A stretch of DNA of 64,000 nt. Origin: the human T2T-CHM13v2.0 reference genome, Homo sapiens. A program made the position numbers and the translations under genes. The stretch lies in the NCBI RefSeq assembly GCF_009914755.1, contig NC_060925.1. The stretch is one strand, 5' to 3'. Positions within the stretch are counted from its first letter, which is position 1. Every line of letters begins with the position of its first letter. The notes beneath the pieces are model-generated. The model did no database searches and was not told where the DNA came from. It worked only from the letters and a program-made list of their open reading frames with translations. Shown here in pieces: positions 26,126-39,590 of the stretch.

Positions 26126-28059
26126 TTGTTGTAATATAACCGCAAGGGGCAGGGGAGCTTGGCGCGGCCGCATGGCTGGTGCCGCCTCACTTTCCTGACA
26201 ATGCGTTCACTTAGGAACCTGTTCTTAACCCTCCTTGCCTCTAGCTTCATCCTAGGCTGCAGGACAGACAGACGGACCTGCCCAGCATGCAGTTTCCCAG
26301 GGGCAGCCGTGTGTGTGCGCGTTAGGACCCATTGTTTCAATACATGCCCTAGGGTGTTCTGGAATTCCATAGCTGTGCCTTAGGACCTGACGCTTCAAAG
26401 AACAATTTTAATTGAAATGGTAATGATGAAATTTCTTCTCCCTGAAGATGGCCTGTGCATTGTAAACACCGCGTCCCCTTGTCTGGAAGCTGCCCCGTAG
26501 GAAACGGTTGGACACAAATCCTTGCTAATGAGAGCTGGCCCCTGCCTGGGACCCTCCGGCTCCCGTCTGCAGACACCAAGCTGCCGCCAGAACCAAAGGC
26601 CTTGCCAAGGTGCCTTTTTCTGGACACGCCGGCAGGGTATTGTCACCCTGGCTGCACCCAGAAGTGACTCTCGCATCTGAGTACCAGCCAGGAAGCCGTT
26701 CTCCACGCAACCTGGCACCATCCGCTCGCCTCCAAGAAACCCAGCCAAGATATTTTTACGGTGGGGATGCGGTTGAAGGCATTTGTAGTTTTCCCACTGG
26801 GAAATTGTGGTCGGTGCCGCCTCTTGAGGGGCCTCAGAGCCTCAGGGCCGAAAGGACAGACAGGAAAAGAAGATCCCAGGCCCAGTCCTCTGCCTCCAGG
26901 GCCTCCCAGGCAGGAGGAGTCCACAACAGAGGCTCCTTCACTGCTTCAAAGGGTAAGAATTCAGGGCAAGGAAACTAAAGCAGAGAGAGAGGCTAGTAGG
27001 AGGGCCATATGCCCCCGGGGGATGTCCCAACAGAGATTAGAGACCTCCCTTCGAAAAATCTCACTGCTCCTCTGAGATGTGTGAGCTCCGGGCCCTGCCT
27101 GCACTTTCCTGGGAGAGGGAGCATGGGTGCGGTGGACAGACGGCTCCAGCCTTTAGCTTCCGCTTAGAATCATCCGCTGCAGAGAGCCGCCCTCAGAGGG
27201 GACCAGGGAACATCCCTGAGTGGGCACCCAGGGTGGGGACAGGTCTGTCCTCCAGGGACATCTGAACTTAACCCAATAAGACATCTTCCCAGGAAGCCTT
27301 CTATGCTTCTCTACAAAATTAAACTCCCGAGTCACTCCCACACTCAACCAATCCTAGAAGGAAACTTTCACACCCCCCATGCTGCCAGGCGTCCCAGGGC
27401 TGATGGGGCTGAGCCTGCTGCCCTGATAAGACAGAAGACTCCAGGGATCCCTGGCAGCCGGTGGGAAAGGAAGGGGCCCATCAGGTCCCAAAGGTAGTTT
27501 TTGGCCACATTGGTACCACGCGGGTAACAATTCCTGTCCTATAACTCGGTTTCCCCACTGGGCATTTAAAGTTCCTGTAGTGGACCTGGCCTGTAGGAAG
27601 CATTCAATAGACAGAAGCCTCAAGGATGGCTGTCACCAGCCTAAGGCCGCTCACCCTCCAGCACCGTGCGTCACACACCTACTCCAGGCAGTCGTCCACG
27701 CTTGCATGTATTCATTCAACAAACAAGTGGCGGACTCATTCCGTGCCTGGCTCTGTGCCAGGGGACAGTAGTGAGAAAGAGCAGATGCAGTCTGGCTCCC
27801 ACAATGGGACCCTGGAGCCCCGGCTCCCATCTTCTCCAGCACCGCCGTTCCCTCCGTGGCTCCTTCCTGTCTTCCTAGATCCTGAGAACCCCACTCAGAG
27901 CCCAGGGGCAGGACGGCAGTGCAGGAAGACTCCTCTGTCTCTAGGTTCTGACCCACAGGATTCGTGAAGGGAATCCTGAAGGCACAGTGACAGGTCACTG
28001 AAGGAGGAACGCTCATGGGCAAGGGGATGTGTCAGTGCCCCTGAGAGAAACCATGGGAG

Positions 28060-28200
28060 CAGCCGCCTGGTGTGGGTCAGGAGACGGAGCTCTAGTCCTG
28101 ACATCGCTGACGATTAGACTTGAGGCCCTCATCATGCCCCTTCTCTGAGCCTCAGTTTTACCACCTATAAAGTGAGAGACAGTGCTGGACAGACGGACAC
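28060..28200 (+). mobile_element. MIR
   Basis: ccttctctgagcctcagttttaccacctataaagtgag. Confidence 0.55.
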
Positions 28201-28759
28201 TCAGCCCTTTCCAGGCCAGACCCTCTGAAAGCCACACAGGCAGGTGGGGGCAGGGGTTTCTCCCAGGAGTTTAAGGAGAAGCACTCCAAAAAAGTGAGCC
28301 ACCAAGAGCGGTGTCCAAGATTTATTTCTTAAGCAGAATCCCTTTTAATTCCTCTATGAAAATGAGTGGCTCTCTGCATTCCAGGCTGTGCCAGGCTGTC
28401 CTATCCATCAGCCGGCTGTGCTGCACCAGTGCCACCCAGCACTAATTCACAGGAGGGGAGCTTAGGGCAGCCACTCTGCAGGGTGATCCATCAAGGTTCC
28501 CTCCTGTACCAGAGCTCTTGGCAGCCGGCGGGCACCACAGCAGTGGCAGGAGGCCCAAGTGATGAATGGCCCGCAGACCATACCCCACACCCCTCTACCC
28601 CACTTAGAGCTGGGCTTGACAGGACCCCATCCCACTGTGGCTTTCCAGCTGTCCCCAACACTGAGGACTGGGCTGTGGACTCCAGGCCTGCACAGAGCCA
28701 GGTGGGAACACACCTGCACATCCACAGGGCTGTCAGGAAGCAGCTGAGGCTGGAGCCGA

Positions 28760-29010
28760 GAGCACAGGAAACATCAGGAGAGGAGGGAAGAGAAGACAGA
28801 GTGCATCATGGCAGGCCTGCCAGGCCCTTAGAAGGATCTGGCTTTTGGTCCTAGGGAGATGGGACACCACTGGAGGCTTCTGAGCTGAGGAATGACGTGA
28901 TCTGATTGATATTTTAGAGGGTAGCTCTGAGCCCTGCACAGAACACACCCCTGCTGGGAGGCCGGGGAGGAGTCGGTGCAGAATCCACATGAGAGGTAGG
29001 ATGTTGTAGA
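28760..29010 (-). mobile_element. L2 fragment
   Basis: gatgggacaccactggaggcttctgagctgaggaatgacgtgatctgattgatattttaga. Confidence 0.55.
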
Positions 29011-29191
29011 CAAGGAGGCAGCACTGCTTTTTGGAGGCAGCGTTGGTCAGGTGTACTGAACGACAGGCCATGGGGTACCCGAGAAACAGGGACGGGGTGG
29101 CTCCCAGGTGCTGGCCTAAGGAGAAAGGTGGCATTTGTTGTCATGGAAAAGGCATGAGAGAACGGGTATGAAAGAGGATGTCAAGTATGAT

Positions 29192-31638
29192 TGATATGGT
29201 TTGGATCTGTGTCCTCACCAAATCTCACATCGAATTATAATCTCCAGTGTTGGAGGTGGGGCCAGGTGGGAGGCGACTGGATCACGGAGGCGGAAGTCTC
29301 ACGAGTGGTTTAGCACCATCCTCTTGGTGCTGTTCTCGTGATAGAGTTCTCATGAGATCTGGTTGTTTAAAAGTGTGTAGCACCTATGTCCCTCTCTCTT
29401 GCTCCTCCTCTGGTCATGTAAGATGAGCCTGCTTCCCTTTAGCCTTCCGCCATGATTGTAAGTTTCCTGAGGCCTTCCAAGAAGCTGAGCAGATGCTAGC
29501 ATCATGCTTCCTGTATAGCCTGTAGAACCATCATCTACTTAAACCTCTCTTCTTTATAAATTACCCAGTCTCAGGTATTTCTTTATAGCAGAATGAGAAT
29601 GGACTAATACAGAAAATTGGTACCAGGAATGGGGCATTGCTATAAAGATACCCAAATATGTGGAAGCAGCTTTGGAACTGGGTAACAGACACACAGACAG
29701 AGGTTGGAAGAATGTGGAGAGATCAGAAAAAGATATGAAGATGAGGGAAAATTTGGAATTTTCTAGATAATTATTTAATGATTGTGACCAAAATGCTGAT
29801 AGTGATATGGAAAGTGAAGTCCAGACTGAGGAGGTCTCAGATGGAAATTAGGAACTTATTGGGAACTAGAGTAAAGGTCACTTTTGCTATGCTTTAGCAA
29901 AGAGCCTGGCTGCATTATGCACCTGCTCGAGGTATCTGTAGAACTTTGAACTTGAGAGTGACTATTTAGGGTATCTGATGAAAGAAATGTCTAAGCAGCA
30001 AAGAGTTCAAGATATATGCTGGCTGCTTCTAACAGCCTATGTTCATTTGCTTGAGCAAAGAAATGACCTAACCCTGGAACATATTTTTAAAAGAGAAGCA
30101 AAGCATAAAAGTTTGGAAAATTTGCAGCCTGGCCATGTGGTAGGAAAGAAAAACTTGTTTTGAAAGGAGGAACTCCAGCAGGCTGCAGAAATTTGCCTAA
30201 GTAAAAAGAAGACAAGGGCTGATAGCCAAGACAATGGGGGAAGGGCCTCGAAGCCACTTCAGAGACCTTCATGGCTCACCCTGTGCAGCCTTGGGACACT
30301 GCTTTCTGAATTCCAGATACTCCAGCTCCAGCTATGGCTAAAAGGGGCCCAGGTACAGCTCATGTTGCTGCTTCAGAGGATGCAAACTGTAGGCCCTGGC
30401 AGCTTTGACATGGTGTTAAACCTGCAGTTGCACAGAGTGCAAGAGTTGAATCTTGGGAACCTCCACCAAGATTTCAGAGATGTATGGAAAAGCCTGGATG
30501 CCCAGACAGAAGCCTGCTGTAGGGGTAGAACCCTCATAGAGAACCTCTACTAGGGCAGTGCAGAGGGGAAGTATACAGTTAGAGGCCCCACACAGAGTCT
30601 CCACTAGGGCACAGCCTAGTGGAACTGCGGGAAGGGGAGCTACCATCCTCCAGACTCCAGAATGGTAGAGCCACCAACAGCTTGCACCATGCACCTAGAA
30701 AAGCTGTAGGCACTCAACGCTAGCCCTTGAGGGCAGCTGCAGTGGCTAAATCCTGCAAAGCCACAGAGGTGAAGCTGCCCAAGGCCTTGGGAGCCCATCC
30801 CTTGCATTGATGTGGCCTGGATGTGAGACACTGAGTCAAATGAGATTATTTTGGAGCTTTAAGGTTTAATGACTGCCCTGCGGGGTTTCGGACTTGATTG
30901 GGGCCTGTAGTCCCTCTATTTTGGCTGATTTCTTCCTTTTGGAATGAGAGTATTTACCCAATGTGATTTCTTCCTTTTGGAATGAGAGTATTTACCCAAT
31001 GTCTGTACCCCACCCCCCTCATTGTATATTGGGAGTAACTAACTTGTTTTTTTTTATTTTACAGGCTCGTAGGTGGCAGGGACTAGTCTTGTCTCAGATG
31101 AGATTTTGGACTTTGGACTTTTGAGTTAATGCTGGAATGAGTTAAGACTTTGGGGAAGGCATTATTGTATTTTGCAATGTGAGAAGGTCATGAGATTTGG
31201 AATGGGTCAGGAGTGGAATTATATGGTTTGAATCTGTGTCCCCACAAAATCTCATGTCCAACTGTAATATCCAATGTTGGGGGTGGAGCCTGGTGGGAGT
31301 GATTGGGTCATGGGGCTGCATCCTTCATGAATGGTTTAGCACCATCACCTTGGTGCTGTTCTCATGTTAGAGTTATCACACTATCTAGTTATTTAAAAGT
31401 GTGTAGCACCTGCCTTCTCTCTCTCTTGCTCCTGCTCCAGCCATGTCAGACAAGCCTGCTTCCCCTTCATCTTCCTCCCTGATTGTAAGTCTCCTGAGGA
31501 CTCCCTAGAAATCAAGTATATGCCAGCATCATGTTTCCTGTACAGCCTGTGAAACCATAAGCCAATTAAACCTATTTTCTTTATAAATTACCCAGCCCCA
31601 GGTATTTCTTCACAGAAGCATGAGAATGGAATAATACA
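29192..31638 (+). mobile_element. full-length MSTA-type MaLR: LTR 29192-29611, internal 29612-31218, LTR 31219-31638
   Basis: Paired LTRs (tgatatggtttggatctgtgtc...taataca); internal begins gaaaattggtaccagg; TSD not clean. Confidence 0.93.
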
Positions 31639-31949
31639 GTAGGTTAGTGCACACGCTGATTTGAGTATATGATTTGAAACTCTGCTGCAGGGTAATAATG
31701 AGAAGCATACCGACTCTTAGCTCACATTATTATTATTACTTAAAAATTTCTACAGACAAAACATCAGTTGTGGCCTCTGCTCTAGCAAGATTATTCCCAC
31801 CTCTTTTCCCGTGGGGTGTCACTGCTGTGAGGTCTCTGGTAGCCTGTGGAGCACATGGTTGGGTAGCCAAGTCAAAGTTCAAGAGAGTTCTGGGCTGGAC
31901 GTTCCATTTAGGTGTCATTCCACATAGATGCTATTTTGAACCATAAATC

Positions 31950-33190
31950 AATATCATAACCAAGTGCTCAAGTGTAAATAGAGACCCGAGGAGTGAGCCC
32001 AGGGGTCTGAAAAATTAGGAGGAACAGCATAGGGGACTGAGAAGGAGTCAATAAAGTGAGAGGAAACCCAGAAAAGCTTGACGTCTAAGCGGTATTGCGA
32101 GTGACCAAATAGCTCATATGAACCTTCATAGTCCTATGAACAGTGGAAATAATAATTGGATACATAGCATCATGGGTGTCAGTAGTGGTCTTGAGAAGTC
32201 TGTTCTGGTGACATTGTAGGGACAAAAGTCTGATTTGAGATGACTAAAGAGAGAATAGGAAAGAAACAGGAGACATCAAGTCTGGACAACAAAGAGCAGA
32301 TAATTGGAGTTGAAGTCGGAGAGGAATGCGTGGTCAGATATTTCTGTTTCTAAGGTGAGAGATACTTAGCACAATGGTTTATTACAGGGAAAAATTGATG
32401 AACAGGAGAGAGAAGATGGGACCATTGAAGCAACAGTCTTGAGTAGGCAAGAAAGGATAAGATTTGTGGATACATTGAGAGGTTGCCCTTAGTAGGCACA
32501 CGAAGAAGGGAAAGAAGTGGAGTGATGAAGCACAGATGCAGGAAGATGGGGTGAGCTGGCAGCTCAGAGAGCTCCCTTCTTTTTGCTGCTGCTCATAGGC
32601 AAAGAGACTGTCTGCACAGTGTTGGGGAGGTATTAAAGGTTTGCAGAGGAGACGGGATGAATCTAGGAGATGCTAGAAAGCATGGATTAAATGAGTATAG
32701 TGTGACTATGGGCAGAAGCAAGGGGCCATGGGAAGTTAGTGCTCATGAACTTCAAATAGGACTAATCAGCATACAAGTGGGTGAGTTATTCTTCAGCCAT
32801 GGTCAGCTGTGCAGGTAAAGGCTTGGAGACAGGGAGAGAGGGAGAGCTGGATTTAACCAGCACTGAGGTGGAGAGTGCCAGAACAGCAAGATGAAGTGAA
32901 GAGCATTACAGAATTTGAGTACACATGCAGAGGAGCTGTTATAACAAAGGACCCTGAGTAAGGAGGCAAGAAAAAGCACAGGTAAGGGAGGTGAGTGTAC
33001 AGGTGGAAGCACTAATGCACTGCAGGTCCTGGTGGGGCTGAAGATGGTTGGAGTCCAGGTATGAGAGGGGTCAGCTGGATAGACCAGAGTTTGTAGTTGG
33101 AGTGTGAGAATGCTTGAACTCTATGTTATGGGGAGACATTGCAATTATTGGTAAGATAAGGTCCAGGGCTTCAAAATGGGAGTAACTGTT
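31950..33190 (-). mobile_element. degenerate L2-like region (resumes about 35390-35650)
   Basis: Purine-rich L2-like tracts on both sides of the MLT1 provirus. Confidence 0.4.
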
Positions 33191-33195
33191 TGAGG

Positions 33196-35387
33196 TATCG
33201 TTCCATTTATCTATTGCTGTATAACAAGCCACTCCAAAACTTAGTAGCTTAAAAACAACAAGTCATTATTGTATTTCACAATTCTGTGAGTTGACTGGCC
33301 TGACGAGGCTGTTCTCACCTGGGGTCTCTCGGCCGATTGCAGCATATAATGATGGGGGCTGAAGTCAACCAGAGGCCAACATGTTGGCACCCAAGAGGCT
33401 CACTCCTATGGCTGGCAGTTGATGGTGGCTGGCAGTTAGGGGCTCAGCTGGAGCCCCTTAGTGATGTGCCTGCACTTGACCTCTCCATGAGGCCTGGGCT
33501 TCTCAGGAAATAGCAGCAAGTTTCTGAGGAGAGTGCATTCCAGAAGACCCAAGCAGAAGTTTCCAGGCTTCTTATGGCCTATCTGTGAAGGTCTCAGAAC
33601 ACCACTTCCACCATTTTCTCTTAACCAAGAAAGTCACTGAGATCATTCCAGATTCAAGGGAGCAGGATTAGGCTCCACTTCTTCATGCAAAGAGCATGCA
33701 ATGGAAGGAATGAGTGGTGGTCATCGTTGAAGACCACACGGTCTTCCTCTGACCCTCCCTTCCTTGTGCTGAGAGTTAAGGTGCTGTATAACAATGCCCT
33801 TACTATTCTTAGAAGCTATTTAAGAAGGTCTATGAGGCATGCCTTTAAATATTTCTGAGGTTTTGACAAAAGGCCACACTCTTGGCTTACCTTGAATCCA
33901 TTTCTTATTTTGAGAATCTTCCTTTGAGAGTCTTGCCAGCTAGAAAGAATGTTCATCTCTCTGTACTAGTACCTTACTAGATGTGGCAAAAATAAACCAG
34001 TTTTCACTTTCAACATTCTATCTGGAATCTCCTAAGCCATGTCAACCTAAAATAATCAAAAGGTCAGAATCTAGTTTAAAGAAATTTTTTTCAAAAACAA
34101 AGTATGTGGATGGCCCATGCAGGAAGCACAGATTCTTAAGAATGAAAGTCAGTGTTCTGAAGTGTAGATGTTTGGGATCATTTATATACACAAAGTTTAG
34201 GGAAGCTTAACAGAATTTCAACATCTTTCTAAATAAGGCTTCATGCATGGTTGCAACGATCTCATTTGCCAAGGTGGTCTTTTTCTTTCAGGAAAGCTAT
34301 ATTTATCACTCCACACTGACGATGTAACAGTCATGGGGTCTTTCACACCATCTGGTCTGAGCTAGATACAGGACAATAAAGAGGCAGTTAATCTATAACA
34401 AAGATCAGTGATTGGAATGGGAGCTGGAGGGAAGTCTGGTCTCTAGTCTCTCCTAGTCATTTACAGAACAAGAACAATGAGGAAGACAATTAAGCTATAG
34501 TCTAAGAAACAAAATTGCAAATATGCCACTGACTCAGTCTCCAGAGCTTACCTTTCCCCTTGGCATAATAAATTTAGAGGGTCCTGAAATTTTGTTTTAT
34601 TTTACAGCCAAGTCCAACAGTTCGTTATGTATATTTTCTATTTTTCAGGTGACAATGTCAAACTTTTCAGCAGTACATGGCAGTGGTCTCCTTCTGCAGC
34701 CTCTGATAACAACTCCCTCACTGTTTTGCAAGCCTTTCCTCACAGTTCCTCGGGCTCTCTGCTGGAGGCATTAGAGGTTTGTGGAGACAATGGGATGAAT
34801 CTAGAAGGGTACTAGAGAGACTAGACTAAAGTATAGTATGATTGTGAGCAGAAGAGTCCCAAACCCGGTTCCACATGTTTTAGGGTTTTGTTCCAGCAGC
34901 ACTCCATTTCCAGGTGCCAACTTCTGTTCGGATTTTCTATTGCTGAATGACAAACCAAGGAAAAATTTAGTGGCTTAAAACTACTTATTATTATCTTTCA
35001 CATTTCTGTGGATTGACTAGGCTCAACTGGGTGATTCTTGCTTAGGGTTTCCCATATGCTAGTGGTCAGATAGCAACTGGGATTGGTTTCATATGAAGGC
35101 TCAACTATGTTGGATGACCCACATGGCAGCCATAGATACTGCTGGCTGGGAGCCCAGCTGGAGATGCAACAGAAGGTCCTCACTTGGTCTCTCCATGTGG
35201 CTTGAGCTTCTCCCAGAATGGAGGCTGCCTTCTGAGAAGAGTCATCCTGCTTTTTATTCATCAAGCAAATCACTGGGACTAGGATTCAAGGGGCAGGGAA
35301 TTCAACTTCATCTCCTGATGTGAGGGGCAGCATGCTCATCCAGGGAGAGAAGCAATGGATGGTGGCATCTGTGGAGACTCTGTCCCA
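33196..35387 (-). mobile_element. ancient MLT1J/K-like MaLR provirus: LTR ~33196-33738, internal, LTR ~34925-35387
   Basis: Two similar LTRs (tctattgctg...acaa...ttagt.gcttaaaa...ttctgtg..ttgact); MaLR internal boundary ccatttccaggtgccaacttc just before the second LTR. Confidence 0.7.
34040..34606 (-). mobile_element. ERV1 solo LTR (MER34/MER4-group-like)
   Basis: TG...CA ends, 4-bp TSD gcca (34036-34039, 34607-34610). Confidence 0.75.
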
Positions 35388-36684
35388 GATAGGATGGAGG
35401 AAAGGTCATTAGATGAGTGGAGCCCAAGGAACTGAGAGGCTGGGGTGTTGAAAGGAATATCTACATGGATATTGAATACAACAAAAATGAAGAGAAGCAG
35501 TGATGTTGGTGAGAGCAGAGAGCACATCCTTAAAGGATATATGGAGTGGCCTTGGGGTTGGTAGATCTCTGCAACAAGGACTGGGAGGGCCAGATGAGTG
35601 TCAAAGCTGAAAGCTTAGGTGAGGAGGGAGAAGGATGATCAGAAGAGAATGCCTGCCTCCAGGCCTGTGTCCTGTGGCAGAGGAAAGAGTTTCCATTTGT
35701 GGGAGAGACAGGGGAAGGCTAGGGCTAGGTTTTGGTTAGTAAATACAATTAGGAGAGCATTACAAGAAGCGACTGAGGACACAGGAACTTTGCCAACAAT
35801 TGACCTTGGTTTCTGTCAATGGAAGGATGTCAGGCATTGGGGAAAAGTGGGAAAAGGCATCAGGGCAGGGATAGACAGGAGATTCCTGACCTTCCTGTAG
35901 TCATGGGCATGAGCAGGGATAAGGAGCAGGGTGAGATTAGTCTCTTGGTTTCAGGGAAAATGATGGTGGAGAGATGGTGAGTGTTGAGAGGGAAGGAGAG
36001 GCAGAGTTTTGTTCAGAAGACTGGGCCCTTCTTTGCTCTTTTGGAGGGTGGCATAAATCCAGGGAAGAGGTGGCCTTATGCAGGAGCTTTCTCTCCTCTT
36101 GCTCAACAATGCTATCTTGTGTTATTCCACTGTGGCCCATGCTTGCTTGTCTCAGCTGCCCAGTGAGATATTAAGCTTCCCCTGCCATCCTCATAATGAC
36201 CAGATGAATATCCTGCATGGAGCAGGCACTGCAGAAACATCAGCTGGATGGATGTGTCCCTGGGATGCCCTCAGTGAGTTCCGCTGGGAAGCAGACCTCT
36301 TTGTGAACTACAGGACGTTCCAGGGAACAGAAGCCTGTGCCAACGTTGAAAAATGGAATCCACTGAAAGAAAGACCAACCAATCTTATGAATAATCCCAT
36401 TCAGAGGCAGGCATTCTGCAAGTCTCTTTGCTCTCTGGTTCCAAAGCTCATGGGTTTTGGAGAAAAGAAAACTCACTCTCTGAGAATGATGGCAGCAGCT
36501 GGGCACACTGGATGTTTGGCATAGTTCAGGACAACTTCTAGACGTTTCTCCCACCCTGGGATGCTTCATAATGTTTAAAGGATGGACTCCATGGTGCCAC
36601 CAAATTCTCTGTAAACTCCCATCTCTAGAGAAGGACACATGGGGGTAGAGCAACTTGTTAACCATAAAGGATGGTTTGTCCTTG

Positions 36685-36860
36685 TGGTCAGGAGCACAGA
36701 CTCCCTGAGTCAGTCCCAGCCCAGTGCCATTTCACATGTGTGTGACTTTGGATCAGAACCTTAGCATCCGTGCCTCAGTTTATTCACCTGAAGAATAGGG
36801 ATGTGATGGTAGCACCAGCCCCAAGGTTCTTGTAAGTTAATATTTGTCAAATGTTTAGCA
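36685..36860 (+). mobile_element. MIR
   Basis: gtggtcaggagcacagactc...tgtgtgactttgg...gtgcctcagtttattcacctg. Confidence 0.65.
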
Positions 36861-36866
36861 TCAGAG

Positions 36867-37247
36867 TGTTATAGACGGAATACTTATATCTCCCCAAAAT
36901 TCACATGTTGAAGCTGCACCCCCTCAATGTGATAGTATTAGGAGGTGGAGTCTTTGGGAGGTAAATAGTTAATGAGGTAATTGGATGATGTTGTGAGGGT
37001 GGAGCCCCCAAGATGAGATTAGTGCCCTTATAAGATGATATAAAGTCTAGAGCTTGCTCTCCACCACATGAGAACACAGAAAAAAGGCAGCCGTCTGAAA
37101 GCCAGGAAGAAAGCCCTCACCAGGAACTAAATCCGCTGGCAATTTAATCTTGGACTTGCAGTCTCAAAACTGTAAGAAGGAAATATATGTTGTTTAAGCC
37201 ACCCAGGGTGTGGTATTTTGTTGTTTTGGCAGCCAGAACAGACGACA
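36867..37247 (+). mobile_element. MLT1A-type LTR
   Basis: tgttatagacggaat...ccccaaaattcacatgttgaag...attagtgcccttataaga...tggtattttgtt. Confidence 0.8.
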
Positions 37248-37634
37248 GAAAGGTTTGTGACTGTAACTAGCTGAGAAACTGAGCCAAGTAAGGTCAGATT
37301 TTACAGGGGAGGGGACCCAGGATTGTTTGGGCTTGCGGCTGACCTTGGAACAGGGACACAACCTGCAGGGGGTTGTTGTGAGAGTTCTTGAGACAGTCCT
37401 CAGGCATCTGGTCTGGCGGGATCTGCACCAGCATTCCTGCATCCACCTGCTGCAGAAATTGCCAAAGGATCCCACAAGATCTATGTTCTTGGATCATAGC
37501 TGATGCACGTTCTTTCTTTAGGAAATAAATTCAGGAATAATTTCTCCTTGTTTTTGGACTTGTCAAAATCAGGGATGATTCCACTCTTTGACCTAGGACT
37601 TTCTTTGGTTTATTTGCTTTAATCACACAGCAAA

Positions 37635-37950
37635 AGCCATCCATTCAACAGATGGTTATTGAGTGACCGCTATGCACCAGGCACTTTTGCAGGCTTGAAG
37701 ATACAGCCCAAGACAGCAGGACAAGCTCCCTCCCCGCGGAAGAGAAACAGAAAATTAATGCATAAACAAACGATTGCCTTCAGCCACTTCAGGAAAAGGT
37801 CCCCATTGGGAAGAGACAAGGCTGAGTTGGAGAAAGGAGCTCGCTGGAAGGGCCCCTTTCTGTAAGAGGCTGAGACAAGGCTCTGAGAAGAGGGGACTTC
37901 TGCAAAGGGTTGGGGGAAGAGTGTTTTAGGCAGAGGGAACTACCAGTCAT
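37635..37950 (-). mobile_element. L2 3' fragment
   Basis: atccattcaacagatggttattgagtgaccgctatgcaccaggcact...gtgttttaggcagagggaac. Confidence 0.6.
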
Positions 37951-38781
37951 TGCACCTTTACTGTGACTTTATTGACCAAGATGACACTGGATAGCACTGG
38001 GATATTCCCTACTCTGCCTCCAGCCTCCTCCAAAGGGAGCCTTGACATGTAAGCAAGCCTGGAGCTGCTCCCTGAGACAAAGCAACTGAAGAGTGGGTTT
38101 TCTGCAACACAAAGTCCCACCCCCCAACCCCAAGCATGGTGGGACCCCGCTTCTAGGAAGGTGGTCATCTGTGCCTGACATCTTGCTGTCACTCACTCAG
38201 ATGCCAAGGGGCAACGTGGCCCCTGTCCTGGAATAGAAACAGAACCACATCGAGCAGGAGTCCCTACGGTCCAGCAATCTCATTGCTGGTTATATATCCA
38301 AAGAAAATAATATCAATCTGTCAAAGAGTTATCTCCACTTCCATGTTTATTGCAGCATTATTCACAATAGCCAAGATATAGAATCAACCTAAGTGTCCAC
38401 CAATGAATGAATGAAGAAAATGTGGTATATTTACACAATGGAATAAAATTTAGCCATAAAAAAGAATAAAATCCTGTCATTTGTGGCAACATGGATGAAC
38501 CTGGAGGACATCATGTTAAGTGAAATAAGCCAGGCACAGAAAGATAAACACCACGTGATCTCATTCATATGTGAAATCTGAAAAAGTTGATTTCATAGAG
38601 AGTAAAATAGGCATTAGCAGGGGCTGGGAGGAGTAGGAGGGAGGGGTCAAAAGGTACAAAGTTACAGTGAGATAGGAGGAATAAATTCTAGTGTTCCATT
38701 GCACAGTAGGATGACAATAGCTAACAAAAATATATTATATATTTCAAAATAGATAGAACAGAAGATTTTGAATGTTTTTAC

Positions 38782-39590
38782 TAATTCAGGGCAGGCAAGC
38801 CCCAAAGTGGGGCTTAGCCCATGAGGATTCTTGGCTTTGCCTAGGAAAGAATTCGAGGGCAAGCTGGCGGTAGAAGAAAACAACTTTATTGAAGAGGTGT
38901 TACTGCCCTGGCAGTATTACAGCTCTGTGACTGCTCCATCAGACTAAGGCTGTCCCATAGGATAGGCAGTGTGCTGAAAGTCGCAGCTAGGGCAGTTTGC
39001 AGTCATATTTATACCTACTTTTATTTTGTTTTATTTTTATTTTTTGAGACAGTGTCTCACTCTGTCACCCACGCTGGAGTACAGTGGCATGATCACAGCT
39101 CACTGCAGCTTTGACCTCCCAGGCTCAAGTGACCATCCCACCTCAGCCTCTTAAGTAGCTGGGACTACAGGCGCATACCACCATGCCCAGTTCATTTTTT
39201 ATATTTTTTATAGAGAAGGGGTTTCACCATGTTGCCCAGGCTGGTCTCAAACTCTTGGACTCAAGCAATCTGCCTGCCTCTGCCTCCAAAGTGCTGGGAT
39301 TACAAGCATAAGCCACCACAAATGGCCCTACTTTTAACTGCTTGTAGATTAAGGGGAGGTTTAAGCAAAAATTTATAGGGAAGGAGTAGTAACTTTTGGG
39401 TCATCGGGTCATTGCCATGGAAAGGGGTGGTAACTTCCAGGGGTTGCCATGGCAATGGTAAACTGACATGGCACACTGATGGACATGGCTTATGAAAAGA
39501 TGCTTCCACCTTATCCCAGTTCTGGCTAGTCCTCAGTTTGGTCCAGTACCCAAGCCTCACCTCTGGATTCAAGTTCTGCCTCCTACCTCA
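38782..39590 (-). mobile_element. ERV1 solo LTR (MER66-like) split by AluJ
   Basis: Minus-strand start tgaggtaggaggcagaacttgaatccagagg; TSD ttac (38778-38781, 39591-39594). Confidence 0.7.
39024..39327 (-). mobile_element. AluJ
   Basis: gatcacagctcactgcagc, caggctcaagtga; TSD ctactttta (39015-39023, 39328-39336). Confidence 0.92.
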
